Of a DNA stretch of 64,000 nucleotides, positions 41,701 through 55,847 are shown piece after piece. The first letter of the stretch is position 1; each line of letters starts with the position of its first letter. The notes beneath the pieces were generated by a model. It ran no database searches and was not told where the DNA came from. It worked only from the letters and a program-made list of their open reading frames with translations. The position numbers were made by a program, and so were the translations under genes. The DNA comes from Eledone cirrhosa (taxonomy: Eukaryota), in the NCBI GenBank assembly GCA_964016885.1, contig OZ024741.1, positions 292,578,001-292,642,000 on the forward strand, read 5' to 3'.

Positions 41701-43166
41701 CGGTGGCATGATAATGATCATTAATTTGGCACAAAATCTTAATTTTATAGTGGAGGGCAGTATAGTTAGCAGAATTGCTCTTATTACATGTTTGATGGTT
41801 AATATAATGACCCCTGGGGGGAGGAGGGACAAAGATGACTGGTGGGATATGAACTTTGATCTTTTCTTCAATAGCTTTGAATCATTTATTAACATTCTTG
41901 TATAGTCCAACACATTACCTACATAACCACTCCAACTCACAAAAGAAATATATAATTTATTGCCAGTCTGACAGCTTATGTAGGGAATTAAAGAAACTAT
42001 TTGATCTTCCTTAAAAGATAATTATTGTTGTTATTGTTTAGCCTCAGGTCAGCTTTAATCAAGCTAACCTTAAATCAAAGGCATTTCAACCATGACCATT
42101 AGCATCTTTTATTTAGACTTAGTGTATGAAGGTCTACATTATCTTATATCTCTTTCCTTATTGTTTATCTGATTAGCTATGCTTTGATGTGCTTAATTAT
42201 TCACCAACATATTCACTGTTACTGTGAAGAAAGGTGTCTTTTATCAAGAAATACTTTCAGAGAACTTATCACTGCTTCATTGCATACAATACCCATTACT
42301 TCTTGTTCTGCATCGCATCTACTTCGTACACTGATTATTTTATATAAAATTATCATCTAAGTTAATTAGAATAGTTGATTAACATATTTCAAACAATTCA
42401 AACGAAATAGGTATGACAAAATTCACAATTATAAGGTTACTGGCTCAATCCCATTGCAGAGCACTTTGAGGGCGTGTAATTTAGATCCAAATTTTGCAAG
42501 TGAAATTGGATAGAGGGAAATTGATTAAAAGCCTGTTGAGTGGATTGTACCTGTAATTCAATGGGCCCGTCTTGTTAGATATTGTGGCATGCTGAATCTT
42601 GCAGAGACTTGCATTTAGAATAAATTTGTTTGTGGAATACTCAGCCACATACACATTAATTTAATGAGTAGGTTGCACCATTGATGAAACAGCTGGAACA
42701 CTTATCCTCAAAACCAATGGAGGTCAATTTATTTTACACAATTCAAAATATGTTGTATATAAATTATATTAGACGTTATAAGCAGCAATTAAATATGGAA
42801 TTGAGTAACAGTTACTTATAGAACTCAAGTTGTGTTAAGAGGAATAACAATGCCCATTATCATTTTCATTTTTCTATTTTAAAACAAAGTGGACTCTATT
42901 TCAAAATACTCTAATCTGTATTTCATATCATCCTGGTGTACATTTTAAAACTCTCGTTTATATTTTAAAGCAGTTTGCTCTATATTTTGAAACAATCTGG
43001 TTTCTATTTAAAATTTTGTATTATATGATACCATATCATATGAAAACTCAGTCTTTTTGGCAGAGCCCTGGGGTTCCATAGAACCCAGTTTGGGTAATGC
43101 CAATATAAGGTTTTGATCAATCAGCTAAAAGACTGGTTGTTTGTCTCTATGTATCATCATCATCAT

Positions 43167-43500
43167 TGGTGGCAAATTGGCCAAGTCATTAGAACATCAG
43201 ATAGAATGCTTTGCAGTATCCATTTCAGCTTTCTGCTTTCTGAGTTCAAATCCTGCTGAGGTCAACTTTGCCTTTCACCCATTCAAAGTCAATAAAAAAT
43301 GTAGCTGTCTAGTACTGGAGTCGATTCTTCTTCTATATATCTTTTTCCCTTCCATTCACTCAATCTCTATCCTTCTCTGGAAGAAATCAGCTTTATTCAG
43401 ACCTGGAGAGGTGATAGGCTTCACCAGGTTTTAAATAATGCCCTAGAAATGCCATATGTCAATACAGCGACCCTATAACTCCCTTGGAGTTACAAGGCCA
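43167..43500 (+). mobile_element. SINE S2-headed variant with a distinct tail
   Basis: S2-like head plus tail ..gccctagaaatgccatatgtcaata..ccctataactcccttggagttac. Relatives near 15820-16030(-), 33000-33240(-), 40040-40250, 46628-46862 and 49020-49290(-). Confidence 0.7.
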
Positions 43501-43592
43501 TCATCATATGTCCATTTCCCCATGTCAGTGTGAGTTGGACAGGGCATTACAAAGTCAGTAATTAGTTGGAACTATGTATTGTCCTCCTAGAG

Positions 43593-44326
43593 CAGTGGTT
43601 CTCAACCTTTTTTTGCCAATGGCACACCTTGGAACACATGAAAAAATAGCGGCACACCTAGCTAAATATATATGAAAAATATTTGAATTTTACAAAATAA
43701 AAACATGGCAAGTCATAGACAGCATACAACCGTAGACACAGACTAGTCATAGACGGCATACAACCGTAGACACAGACTAGTCATAGACAGCATACAACCG
43801 TAGACACAGACTAGTCATAGACAGCATACAACCGTAGACACAGACTAGTCATAGACGGCATACAACCGTAGACACAGACTAGTCATAGACGGCATACAAC
43901 CGTAGACACAGACTAGTCATAGACGGCATACAACCGTAGACACAGACTAGTCATAGACGGCATACAACCGTAGACACAGACTAGTCATAGACGGCATACA
44001 ACCGTAGACACAGACTAGTCATAGACGGCATACAACCGTAGACACAGACTAGTCATAGACGGCATACAACCGTAGACACAGACTAGTCATAGACGGCATA
44101 CAACCGTAGACACAGACTAGTCATAGACAGCATACAACCGTAGACACAGACTAGTCATAGACAGCATACAACCGTAGACACAGACTATTCATAGACACAT
44201 AGAATGATTCAAACTAAATAAAGAAAAACACAGCTATGAACTTACTTTCACATTTTCTTAGTGTGCTGTTCAAAATTTCGTAGCACACTTAGGAAGATCT
44301 CGCGTCACACTGGTTGAGAATCACTA
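43593..44326. mobile_element. hAT (Charlie-type) MITE
   Basis: TIR CAGTGGTTCTCAACC / GGTTGAGAATCACTA; 8-bp TSD TCCTAGAG / TCCAAGAG. Confidence 0.88.
43711..44197. repeat. 34-bp minisatellite, 14 full copies plus a partial
   Basis: Unit agtcatagac[a/g]gcatacaaccgtagacacagact; no spacers. Confidence 0.98.
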
Positions 44327-45419
44327 TCCAAGAGGTTGGGGGATAGCAGTTTGTTTACATATGATCCAGTTTTGGTATGGTTTCTACAACTGGGTGTCTT
44401 GAGGCCCTTCCTAATGGCAGCCACTTTACAGAATGTACTGGATGTGTTTTATCATGGCACCAACACTAGTGTATCTTGTCAGTAATGTTACATCTGTGTA
44501 TCTTCTCACTGAAGTTTTCTTTAATTGTATTTAGGACATGTAAGTAAAAATAGAAATGTTATTATTGTTATTGCTACTCTCATCATCACATTTGTATAGA
44601 AAGAAGACATTGAAAGTGACAAAAGTCAATTGGTGTTCTAGCTAATCAACTAGCCAATCAATCCAACTCAGGAAGAATGGTAATTACACATTTGTCAACA
44701 TAGAAAAAAAAATGTTTTTTTTATTAGCCACTCAGAAATGGCATTAAGAATACAATAATGATGGCACAGGAGAGTACAGTGTTTTTTTTTTATTTGCTCA
44801 CGTCAAAAATGTCTACAACAAAAACTAAAAAAGGACAAAATAAAAAATTAAACATAATAACTTCCCCAGAAGGTAGGAGACCTCCGACACTCAACATGGA
44901 GAAAGCCCACAAAAAAATGCAAAACATGGTCACATTGACCACTGGGGCAAATGCCCTTTCTTGCTTTTCCAGTTGCCCTCCAATTTACAAGCAGATACAC
45001 AGAGCAGGCTCATTCACTCAGACCATGCTCACCACTCTCACCTACCTTTCGACAAATTATTTGAAAGGCAGCACTTCCCTCACCACCCTGATTTTTTCTC
45101 TTTAGGTGAAACCTAAAAAAAGTTAATCAGGTCATCGCGAAAGAGGAAAGTCTTTGTCTTCAACCCTGTCAAATACATCCACCGCACGACCTCTTTTGAC
45201 ATTGCAACAAGAGAGATAAAATTGTCTCTCATTTACCTCTAAAGGAAGTTGGCAAGGTGATCTTCACAATGGACTCAGTTGATAGTTGGATCCATCTTAC
45301 ACTTGACAGCTGGTGTTCAACATAAACCCACAAGTCAGTATTAATTGGTGTGTGCAGGATGGTTTCATTGTCTTGCACACATCTTGGACAGAATTGGTAA
45401 ACTGACCAGCAAAGAAAAA

Positions 45420-45790
45420 AAATCTTCTATTTGATGTATCTTATAGATGACTATATACCTACCAAGGAAATGGAAAAATCATCCAAATATAAAGACCTAG
45501 AGATAGAATTACCTTGAATGTGGATGATGAAAATAGAAATAATACCTATAATAATAGGTGCTCTGGAAATGATAAAAAGACACAGATAGATACATAGCCA
45601 AACTCCTAGGGCTTACAAATATATACAGTGTATTAAAAAATAGCCAAACTAGGCACTGCACACATATTATGAAGAGTACTCTCAAGAAAATGGAGACAGC
45701 TCAACCAAAAACCATATACCACATATCTAAGGTGCACAGTACTGCACTCGGTAATGCAAGTATGACACAATAAAAATAAGTCTACTACTA
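45420..45790 (+). pseudogene. R4/Dong-clade LINE restriction-like endonuclease C-terminus
   Basis: KEMEKSSKYKDLEIELP*MW..IIPIIIGAL..KIAKLGTAHIL*RVLS, ending in (CTA)n(TAA)n. Confidence 0.8.
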
Positions 45791-45794
45791 CTAA

Positions 45795-45985
45795 TAATTG
45801 TTTCTACTTTTGGCACAAGGCCAGCAATTACACAGTACATTACTGGTACTTTATTTTATCGACCCCATAAGGATGAAAGGCAAAGTTAACCTCGACGGGA
45901 TTTGAACTTAGACCGTAAAGGGACGTAACTCTATGCTAGAAAGCATGGCGTCCGACCCTCTACCGATACTGCCAATTCGCTGCCC
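45795..45985 (-). mobile_element. SINE S2
   Basis: Reverse complement of the S2 sequence, in a taataat/ctacta context. Confidence 0.88.
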
Positions 45986-47043
45986 AATACTACTACTAAT
46001 AATAAAAAATAAATAGCAATAATAATGATGATGATAATGATGATGATAATAAGCAAAATCAATTTGCAGAGGGTTTCCAAATAATTACACTTAGTGTAAA
46101 GTGGTAAACAAGAATTAAGAAGGAGGGGGAGATTAGAAGGGAGATAAAGAGGGGGTTGGAGAAAGAGAGAAAGAAATGCAGATAAAAATTGATGTTCTTT
46201 AACAATTAGAGCCTGTAAGTGTGTGTTGGCTTTACTGGAATTTATTATTTCCATAGTAGTTTTTACACTTGTATGATTTGTAAGGTGTAAGAAGATATGT
46301 TTGAACTAAATCTACTTATTTCTGCATTACTTTTACAATGGCTGTCATTGTGTTGTAACAAAGACAAGATATTGATCTTTATTGTTAGTTATAGACTTTT
46401 ATTATTTGCTTGTGTGTTCTTCAATCAGTATTTACACATTTCTCCAAAGATTATTACTAATTGAAATTTTCAGCCAGTCAACACTAGCGATACTTAGAGA
46501 AGATTCTGGGACAAAGTCCTTGACTTTTTCACAGTCACCATGAAAATTTCTCTTTCAATGCATTCTTATCTAATATTAAACATGAGGATGACAACAGTTA
46601 ATGTGAAAGTTTCTATATAGTCCTTCTAGGCAGCAAATTGGCACAGTTGTTCAAATGTCACAGATGGAAATGCTTTCTGTTATTTGTTCCTCCTGTTATT
46701 TGGCCTCCTGTTCTCTGAGTTCAAATCACACCAAGGTCAACTTTGCCTGTCATACTTTGGAAAGAAATCTGTTGTATTAAGACCTGGTGAGGAGATGGAC
46801 TCCAGCAGAATTGTTGTATGTCAATATTGCACCCCTACGACTCATCTAGGAGTTACAGGTTTAACAGAAGAGATATAGTCCTTCAGGCTGTTTATTCAAT
46901 GGGAAGAAAATCTCCCACTGTTCTTTGTTCCATATATTTCACTCTATTGCCCCAAATATCATGGGACCCTATGGCCAATAAAAATAATTACTGCTGCTGC
47001 TGCTGCTGCTACTACTACTACTACTACTAATAATAATAATAAT

Positions 47044-47518
47044 AATGTTTCTACTTTTGGCACAAGGCCAGCAATTACCCCAGTGCATTACTGGTGCTTT
47101 ATTTCATCGACCCCGTAAGGATGAAAGGCAAAGTTAACCTTGGCGGATTTAAACTCAGAACGTAAAGAGCCATAACTCTGTGCTACAAAGCATGGTGTCT
47201 GACGCTCTACCGATACTGCCAAACCACCACCCTTAATAATTGTTTCTACTTTAGGCTCAAGGCCAGCATTTTTTTTTAAGGGGAGGGGAAAGTTGATTAA
47301 ATTGACCCTAGTGCATTACTGGTACTTTATTTTATCGACCCCATAAGGATGAAAGGCAAAGTTAACGTTGACGGGACTTTAACTCAGACCGTAAAGGGAC
47401 GTAACTCTATGCTGCAAAGCATGGCGTCCAACACTCTACCAATACTGCCAATTCACCGCCGTTTAATAATAATTGTTTCTACTTTAGGCACAAGGCCAGC
47501 AATTACCCAGTGCATTAA
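47044..47518 (-). mobile_element. Stack of three S2 SINEs (two full copies and one tail fragment)
   Basis: Copies at ~47044-47233, 47235-47462 and 47465-47518, each beginning at an aataat motif. Confidence 0.85.
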
Positions 47519-47938
47519 TGATAATACTGTTACTTCCACAGCTACTATTACTACTGTTATTTCTGATGCTACTACTACAACTGCTGCTGCTACTATTCCC
47601 ACTGATGTTATTTTAGCAGCCTAGAGGAACAGACAGACAATTGTAGACAGATAAAAATATGAATGTGCCAAATCCAAAATCTTTAGATTTACACAAATTC
47701 TAGCTGCCATATTCTTCAGGAAACATTTAGAGAGATGCTATCTAGTCTTATAGGATTCACTGGAGATATTTCATTGCTGTCTGTTGTATGGAAATATGGT
47801 TGGTAGATTAGAAATGGCAACAGACAAATAACGTGGTTGATTGAATGATTAGTTTAGAAACATATACATACAGGCATTCCCATGTACACTCACAAACACA
47901 TTTTAATTCATATGCATTCACATGTACATACATACATT

Positions 47939-47983
<45 letters not shown>

Positions 47984-48603
47984 ACAGTGGAGTGAGAGAG
48001 AGAACAAAATGCACACATTCACATATACCTACACACATACATATATATATATATGAATAGACAGTGAAGGTAAGAGAGATAAAGAGACACACACAGAAGG
48101 AATCAGATGCATGCTCATGCACATGTTCATACATAGTCAAACCTATAGAAAAAGATTCAGAAAAAAAATGAGGGTCATAGAGAGACACATACATAGACGG
48201 ACACTTGCTTATGCATAAAGAGAAACATATACACATATTTGTATAAACTTACACACACATGCCTAGACTTACACACATGCATCAACACAAGCAGAAACTC
48301 ACAAATTTATAAACTCACACACACACATATGTACACACGTTCATACACACTGCCTTTTCTATCACAACTACACTGGTCTCTGTACTTCAAATCTGCCTAG
48401 TTCCATATGTTTCTTCTTTTCATGCAGACCTTGCTTACTCATCTCTCCTTTCCTCATTAAGTCCTAGCCCCCACCACCACATCCTGGTCCCACACTAACC
48501 TATGTATGTATGTATGTGTGTGTGTGTATGTATTTCTGATTTTATTATTTTATATATATATGCTGCCCCTTGTGGCCAATAAATGAAACCATTATTTTAT
48601 ATA

Positions 48604-48797
48604 TGGCGGTGGATTGGCAGTATCGGTAGAGGGTTGGACGCCATGCTTTGATGCATAGAGTTACGGCCCTTGCCATTCTGAGTTCAAATCCCGCCGAGGT
48701 TAACTTTGCCTTTCATCCTTACGGGGTCAATAAAATAAAGTACCAGTAATGCACTGGGTATTTGCTGGCCTTGTGCCAAAAGTAGAAACAATTATTT
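48604..48797 (+). mobile_element. SINE S2 reference copy
   Basis: A-box TGGCAGTATCGG, B-box GTTCAAATCC, central gcctttcatccttacggggtcaataaaataaagtaccag, tail gtagaaacaattatt. More copies at 12435-12630, 51035-51235(-), 51690-51905(-) and 63470-63690. Confidence 0.9.
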
Positions 48798-49816
48798 TAT
48801 ATATTTTCACCAATAGAGAGAGAGGGAGCCAGTTCCTAACATAGACACAATATTCTTTCATTGGAATTTAGAAAACATCAATTGGGTAAATGTGTGTGTG
48901 TGTGTGTGTGTGTGCATATATGCATCCATGCAGCTATGGATGTTTTGTGGATCTGCATGTTTCGAATTATATATGTATATATGCATATGTTTCTGTGTAT
49001 AAGTATGGATGTATATATAGACCCATAACTACTGATGGAGTTGTAGGGGTGCCATAGTATCATAGTGTGTGTCTTGAGCATTTCAAACCGGGCAGAGGTT
49101 CTGAAAAGGAGAGTGAGAAAGAGACAGAGAGGAAGTATTGACCCCAGTAATGGACTGTTAATTTTTTTATCAGCCTCAAAAGAATGAAATATAGAATGGA
49201 CATTGATGAGTTTTGAACTCAGAGCACCAGGATGATTAATTTAAAGCCATCTACCCAACATTCTGTTGACTCTGCCAATTTGCTGCCTACCCTAACCTAT
49301 ACACCCAGGCATTCTAATATAGAATTTTAGCCCACACGAATTGCTTTCCAGTACATAATATTTCCTGCTGTTGTCAACTTGCAACAGCTCGAATGTAACC
49401 AACAACATTTTCACTGACCTCATAAAACTTAAAGACATGAATACAGTGTCCCTTATTCCTGCCAAAAATAGAAGACTGCTAAAGAATATGAGTATAACCC
49501 CTTTCCTACTAGCCAGACATTAATAATAAACCCTCACACGTACAAGAATACAGTAAGCCTCACATACATAGATACAAGTAGACAAACACACAAGGAGAAA
49601 AACAATTATGTACGTGACATAATCAAATATTTGATTAAAAAAATCATTATATATATATATATAATCATCATCAACATTGTTTAACATCTATTTTGTCACG
49701 TTATGAGACAAGTCAGGTCAGGTGACCACATCTCATATGGATATATATGTATATACACAAACATACACACTTTTCAAGATACAAGCGTCTGCGTATGTTT
49801 GTGTATGTATATATAT

Positions 49817-49888
<72 letters not shown>

Positions 49889-50012
49889 TATATACCTATT
49901 TAATAATGGTTAAATGTATCTAAAGAGAAATCTTAAAAAACATAAGCAACAAAAGTCTTTTGAGAGCAAAACATAATATAAATGTAAAACTCCTCTCTAT
50001 CTATCTATCTAG

Positions 50013-50110
<98 letters not shown>

Positions 50111-50739
50111 CTGATAGACATTGAGGAAAAGAGAAATTGACTGACCATTTGAAAGAGAGGGAGGGAATGGGGTGGATGTAGGGATGGACTAATAAACAGA
50201 AAAACATGATGTAAATAGTGAAATTTCAATAAAGCTATCTTTATAGTGATTGTTTTCATTTAGAGAGCGTGATGAGTAAAATAACAAAAATAATTGGAAT
50301 AAGCAATAGGGTAATGACTTATTAAATAGCTAATAATATATTTATTTCAATAGTTTTGTTCCTGAATAACACATACATATGTGTATATACAGCTTTGTAT
50401 GTATTTATATAAAGACAAGACAGACAGCATAATATATATGATGTGCTCTCTTATACTGTTAAGAAGACATACAATGTGAACATGCTCTCTCACACACAAT
50501 GTAAATATCATATACAAACTTGCATGCTTATAAAGAAACAAGAGTGTATATGAAGCCTCTAGCCTAAAGTGTGTCTCAAGCTTGGAGGCTCATCAGGCCA
50601 CTACTTATCCCTGTTTCTATGGCATAAACCGACTGAGAGTACAAGACTCCCCCATTGACAGGATGCCAATCCATCACAGTGTCAAACCATCAGCTATTGC
50701 TGATACCCATTTTCAGCTGAGTATACTGGCGCAATGTAA

Positions 50740-50920
50740 AGTTGAAATGGATGGCTGTTGACTCTGAGGAGTTCATCTGCCTTTTTTACAGCTATTCTGT
50801 TGTGTTACTGGGGCTCCACTTACCCTTCTCACCAAACCAGGGTCAGGTGGGTGGGGAGCTGGTTTAGTCAACAACCACTAGACCATAGATCAGGTTGTAC
50901 TGGGTAACATGGTACCAGTA
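50740..50920 (-). mobile_element. Diverged 5' fragment related to family A
   Basis: Minus strand taccatgttacccagtacaacctg..tggtc..gactaaacc..ccccacc..gagtcaacagccatcc aligns by eye with the family A 5' end. Confidence 0.65.
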
Positions 50921-52544
50921 GCAGGCAGAAGTGTGACCTGACAGCAATACATTTATATAAAATATCAAATCAGATGTCTTGAATGTACATTCCAATATAA
51001 CAATTTCATCATCTGCACCATCATCTGGTTTCTTATACAGGCACAAGGCCAGCAATTTTGGGTGAGGGGGAAAGTCGATTAAATCGACCCCAGTGCGTGA
51101 CTGGTACTTCATTTTATCGACCCCATAAGGATGAAAGGCAAGATTAACCTCTGCAGGATTTGAACTCAGATCATAAAGGGCCATGCTGTAAAGCGTTGCA
51201 TCTGACCCTCTACCAATACAGCCAATCTATCACCTTAATTGCCATAATAATAATAATATTAATCATTCTCATGTTCCATATTCCATGTTGGCATGAGTCG
51301 GATGAGATATTTTAAAGTAGTGTTTTATGGATGGATTTCTTCTTGACACAAACATTTTGTCACCTTTTATGACAAACATTTAGGGGTACTGTGTGCCTAT
51401 TCTATACAACAGAACACCTATAATAAACTGGGGTATGCAACAATAATTATGTTCTGTGTTTGTAAAGGTTTGCCAACGACCCTGTTTCATATGGCACACA
51501 ATTGCTGAAAATACAGTCCAAGTTAACCCCAGCTGCTAATGGTACTTATTTTCAGCTGAGAAGACAGGAGCAATGTGAAATGAAATGCTTTATTCTAGGA
51601 CACAATGCATTGCCTGGTCTGGGGAATGAACTCACAAGCTTATTATGATTATAAGAACATCACCCTAACCATTAGGCTGCATTCCTTCCTAATAATTGTT
51701 TTTACTTTAGGCACAAGGCCAGCAATTTGAAGAGGATTCCTTTAAATCAATCCCTGTACTTACTAGTGCTTTATGTTATCGACCCTGTAAGGATGAAAGG
51801 CAAAGTTAATCTCGGCGGGTTTTGAACTCAGAACATAAAGCACCATAACTCCATGCTGTAAAGCATGGTGTCTGACGCTCTACCAATACTGCCAATACAC
51901 GACCCTATGCCTTCCAAATAATAATATTGATACAATTACATCAACAATTATCTAATTTTCTATTTGATCATTCGTTAAACTCTGTAAAGAACATTTGCAA
52001 ATAATTTTACTCTCTTTTGCGTAATTTTGTTACGAGGCAAATAGCCAAAACAATCAATCTGCGCTGGCACAATGAAAGCACCACTTAGTCTTCACCATAG
52101 ATTCTTGAATAGAAGTTGGTGAAGGTTTGAGACATAAATCACAGCAATTTAATTTCCAATTTATAACTAAACAGGCAAAATGCCTATTGATTGTACTGAG
52201 GGAATAGAACTACGCTGTTTTTATTTTGTTTTGATTTGGATATTTATTCTCAACTTGATTTTTATTAATTCGGTTTTTTTTTTGTTTTTAGGAGGGGGGG
52301 TACTGGTTTAAGTCATGCTGGGTGCATTACCTTCAAGAAATTTAATTGATCGTATGAACCCCAGTACTTATTTTTTAAATCTGCTATTTATTCATTATGG
52401 TTCTGAGTTTAAACCCCACTGAGATCAACTTTGTCTTTCAGGTCCAAAACTCATGGTAATTCATGACCAAAGGGGGTTTTTATGCATATATAAATGTGCA
52501 TATCTGTATATATCTGTATGTATATATCTGTATATATATATCTG

Positions 52545-52633
<89 letters not shown>

Positions 52634-52641
52634 ATATATAT

Positions 52642-53082
52642 TTATTAGTTTTGCGAGGTTTTTTATATGAAATCGTGTGTCGAAACAAATATTGTTATAC
52701 TTGGGGAGGGTCATATTTGTGTAATATTGCCAGAATTAATAACAGAACACACTCACTGTTTGGTGGGTTTTCGCTTCTGTGTCTTTTATATGGGTAATCG
52801 AATTTATTTGGTGCTCACTGTTGCCATTGACTGACCGACGGTCAAAAATAATACAGATACAATATAGACACAAACACATATATATAGTTTATCAAAGTTC
52901 TTTCGTTGCACATCTGCAACACGGTCAGTGGTGCTATTGTTTCCTCCCGTTACATTGTATGTCTACGCCATTTTTATTTAGTCTGTCTATATATTTATTT
53001 ATTTATTTGTTTGTTTGTTTATTTTATTTTGTCTTCTTTGCGCATGCGTTTGCGTGTGTGTATAGTGTTTTGTTTGATATAT
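52642..53082 (-). mobile_element. Family B copy 2 with hammerhead-like motif at 52891..52932
   Basis: Minus strand: acca CTGACCG t GTTGCA gatg TGCAAC GAAA gaac TT tgat; (TA)n on both sides. Confidence 0.75.
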
Positions 53083-54161
53083 TTATATATATATATATGC
53101 CAGTTGCTGCATCTATCATATGGACACCATTATAAACATTATGTTATCCCAAGACAAAATGTCCTGCAGTATTAAAGTGTAATAAAACATTCATACAGTA
53201 TATACCATACATCATCATCATCATCATCCTCATTGCAACGCACGCATTCCTGATAAAGTTTAGTCCAGTGGGTTGATAAGATGGTTATTGCATCAGATGG
53301 AATGTTTTTGCGTTTGTCCCAGCTTATTACATTCTGATTTTGAAATCCTGCTGGTGAAAGACATAATTTGCTGCCCAGTTTAACACCACCACCTGGCCCT
53401 TGGGTGCCTATAATGGAGTCTTCTCTGAGCAAGCACCCTCTATTCGATGGTTTCTGTATGTATCTTGAGTCTATAGATCTGAAATGTCACTCTTCAAGGG
53501 ACAGTTCTTAGCAAGGTGTTTTTTCTGGAAGACCAGCAGTTTCTAATGTATGCAAGTCTTTTCTCTCCGCACCACTGACCTTATTCAAGAGCTTATACAG
53601 TTTGGCATCAGTTACACCATAAGTGAGCTCTGAAACATACACTGCAAGCCATTTCATCCAGCTCTCTAACAATTCTATCAATCTACAGCCCTGAAATAAT
53701 ACTTCATTTATCTACACCAAAAGCGATAAAACTGAAAAAGCGGTTAGGATTGTTTTGAGACACCCAGTACAAGGCAGGTTAGAAATAAAAGTGAAAATGC
53801 AAGTAAAGTAAGACAATGATAGTTAAATGATTTATATTATATATCGTGATATTTTGGGGAGAGGAACCTTTTTTCAAAACATTGGAAATACAGTGTGATT
53901 GTGATGTCAGGCCAAGCTTTTTATGCAGATATTGGGACAGGATGGTGGTGACGTTTACACATGTATAGTCATAATAGCCAATCAGTTGACATTTACTCTT
54001 AATTTTAATGAAATTGTTGGAAAGAAAGAAAAATAGAAAACATTATTAGAAACCAGTGAAAGAAAAAATACAAAATATTCCCAAACCAAAAATATTTTTA
54101 ATCACATATGAATTGGGAAATGCTTTTTTTCTGTGATCCAACTATAAAGGATCTTGTATGA

Positions 54162-54286
54162 TTATTTATTTCTGTTTTTCTTCGATACTGTGTAGCGAAG
54201 TAATTCTTTGAAGGAGCCATATCGATTGCCTTTGTCAATGCTCTTTGATAAGTCAACCATTATTTCCAATATGGTTGGAAACTCAT
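54162..54286 (-). CDS. Candidate terminal coding exon of an unknown host gene
   Basis: Acceptor atttcag|AT, then EFPTILEIMVDLSKSIDKGNRYGSFKELLRYTVSKKNRNK*; unique sequence; no homology recognised. Confidence 0.3.
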
Positions 54287-54982
54287 CTGAAATCTATTAT
54301 GGTTATTAAACTAAAGTATAACCACTTAAGAATGATTAGTAGATGATATTAACATGATTAAATATTTCTTGTAAACTTTCAATAACAACATAGATTTTTT
54401 TGTTATGATATATAGATTATATATGTGCATATGCCTGTATGTAATCATTATTTAACATCAACATTTCCTTGTATGTGTATACATTATATATATACAATCA
54501 AACATATGTGAGTGTATGTAGATGTATGTATATATACTTGTTTATATATACATATGCATACATATATATATATATGGTGTGTGTATGAATATATATATAT
54601 ATATAAATATATAATGTGTGTGTATAGATGGATGGATATGTGTGTGTGCATATATTTGATACATTTACTAAACAAATATGCTGCACATTATGTGCATTAA
54701 AATATGTCATGATAATACACACATACATACCATACACACTCACACATATATATATATGAATAAATATATACAATCATATATATATATTTATATATATAAA
54801 CATATTAGTTAAAGAGATCTGTATAAAGATGTACTTGCATTATTATATAACAACATTATATCTATTACAACTTAACGTTAATGCACTCAGGACAGCATCA
54901 AGTAAAATACGTCAAGGAATATGTTATTTACAATGTCATTATTATTTCTACTTCTTGAAATACATAAAATATACATTTAAAC

Positions 54983-55019
<37 letters not shown>

Positions 55020-55710
55020 ACGCGTTTTGTGTGTGTATGCATATATATATTTAAACTAATATATTTCTTCCATGTACTGTGCCGTTTGTTTTGTTATTTT
55101 TGTTTATCTTTTGCACACACACACACACCACACACACACACACGTGAAAAGTAAATGGAAAAATACAAGACAATGTAGTACAATGAAGATATATACTAGC
55201 TTCATGCTCAATATAGTAGGAAAAGTCTTAACATTTTAGATGCTAGTCCTTCATCAGAATATAGAATGAGAAATTAAAGAAGAAATTGAAAGGTAAAGGA
55301 GAGTGAGCAAGGGTAGAATCAACCAAATTTCTTCAAAGAAAAGCAATTTGTGTGTGTGTGTGAAAACACATGGCTTAGTGGTTAGGGTTTTTATTCAAGA
55401 CTTCTCAGCTGACAATTGTGTGTTGTACGTGCTATTAAAAGGTCAGCCTTATCATAAATGTGTTATAAGAATCTCCCTGAGAATGATGGTGGGGGTGCAT
55501 TTATCTGTAAAATGCTCAGCAACTGGCTTGCTAATTTTACATACAGACTGTTCCATTGTATAAACAATTGGAACACCTGTCACTTAAAACAACAGCAATT
55601 TAATACAGATAAATATATAAAATGAATATTTATGCACAACATGCTGATTATTACAAATTCAAATCTAAAACAAATTTAATATAGATATATTTACAGTGTA
55701 TAAACCTCAC

Positions 55711-55847
55711 TGTGAAAATGTAATCCTTTCTTTTCCATATTTCTAAAGTATGACCCTATCGATGTTAATTGAATAATTTTGAAATCAAGAATTTGAAGGG
55801 ATTTATTAATATCTCTTATTCTTTTCACAAAGGAAGATATAGTCAGA
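55711..55847 (-). CDS. Candidate internal coding exon upstream of 54162..54286
   Basis: Open frame LTISSFVKRIRDINKSLQILDFKIIQLTSIGSYFRNMEKKGLHFH; donor CACA|GTGAGG is phase 1, matching the downstream acceptor. Confidence 0.25.

Noticed and set aside
43711-44197. CRISPR-like array
   Set aside because: The units are head-to-tail with no unique spacers, there are no cas genes, the context is eukaryotic, and the array lies in a MITE.
48604-48700. tRNA genes
   Set aside because: The A/B boxes belong to SINE heads; there is no complete cloverleaf and they continue into SINE bodies.
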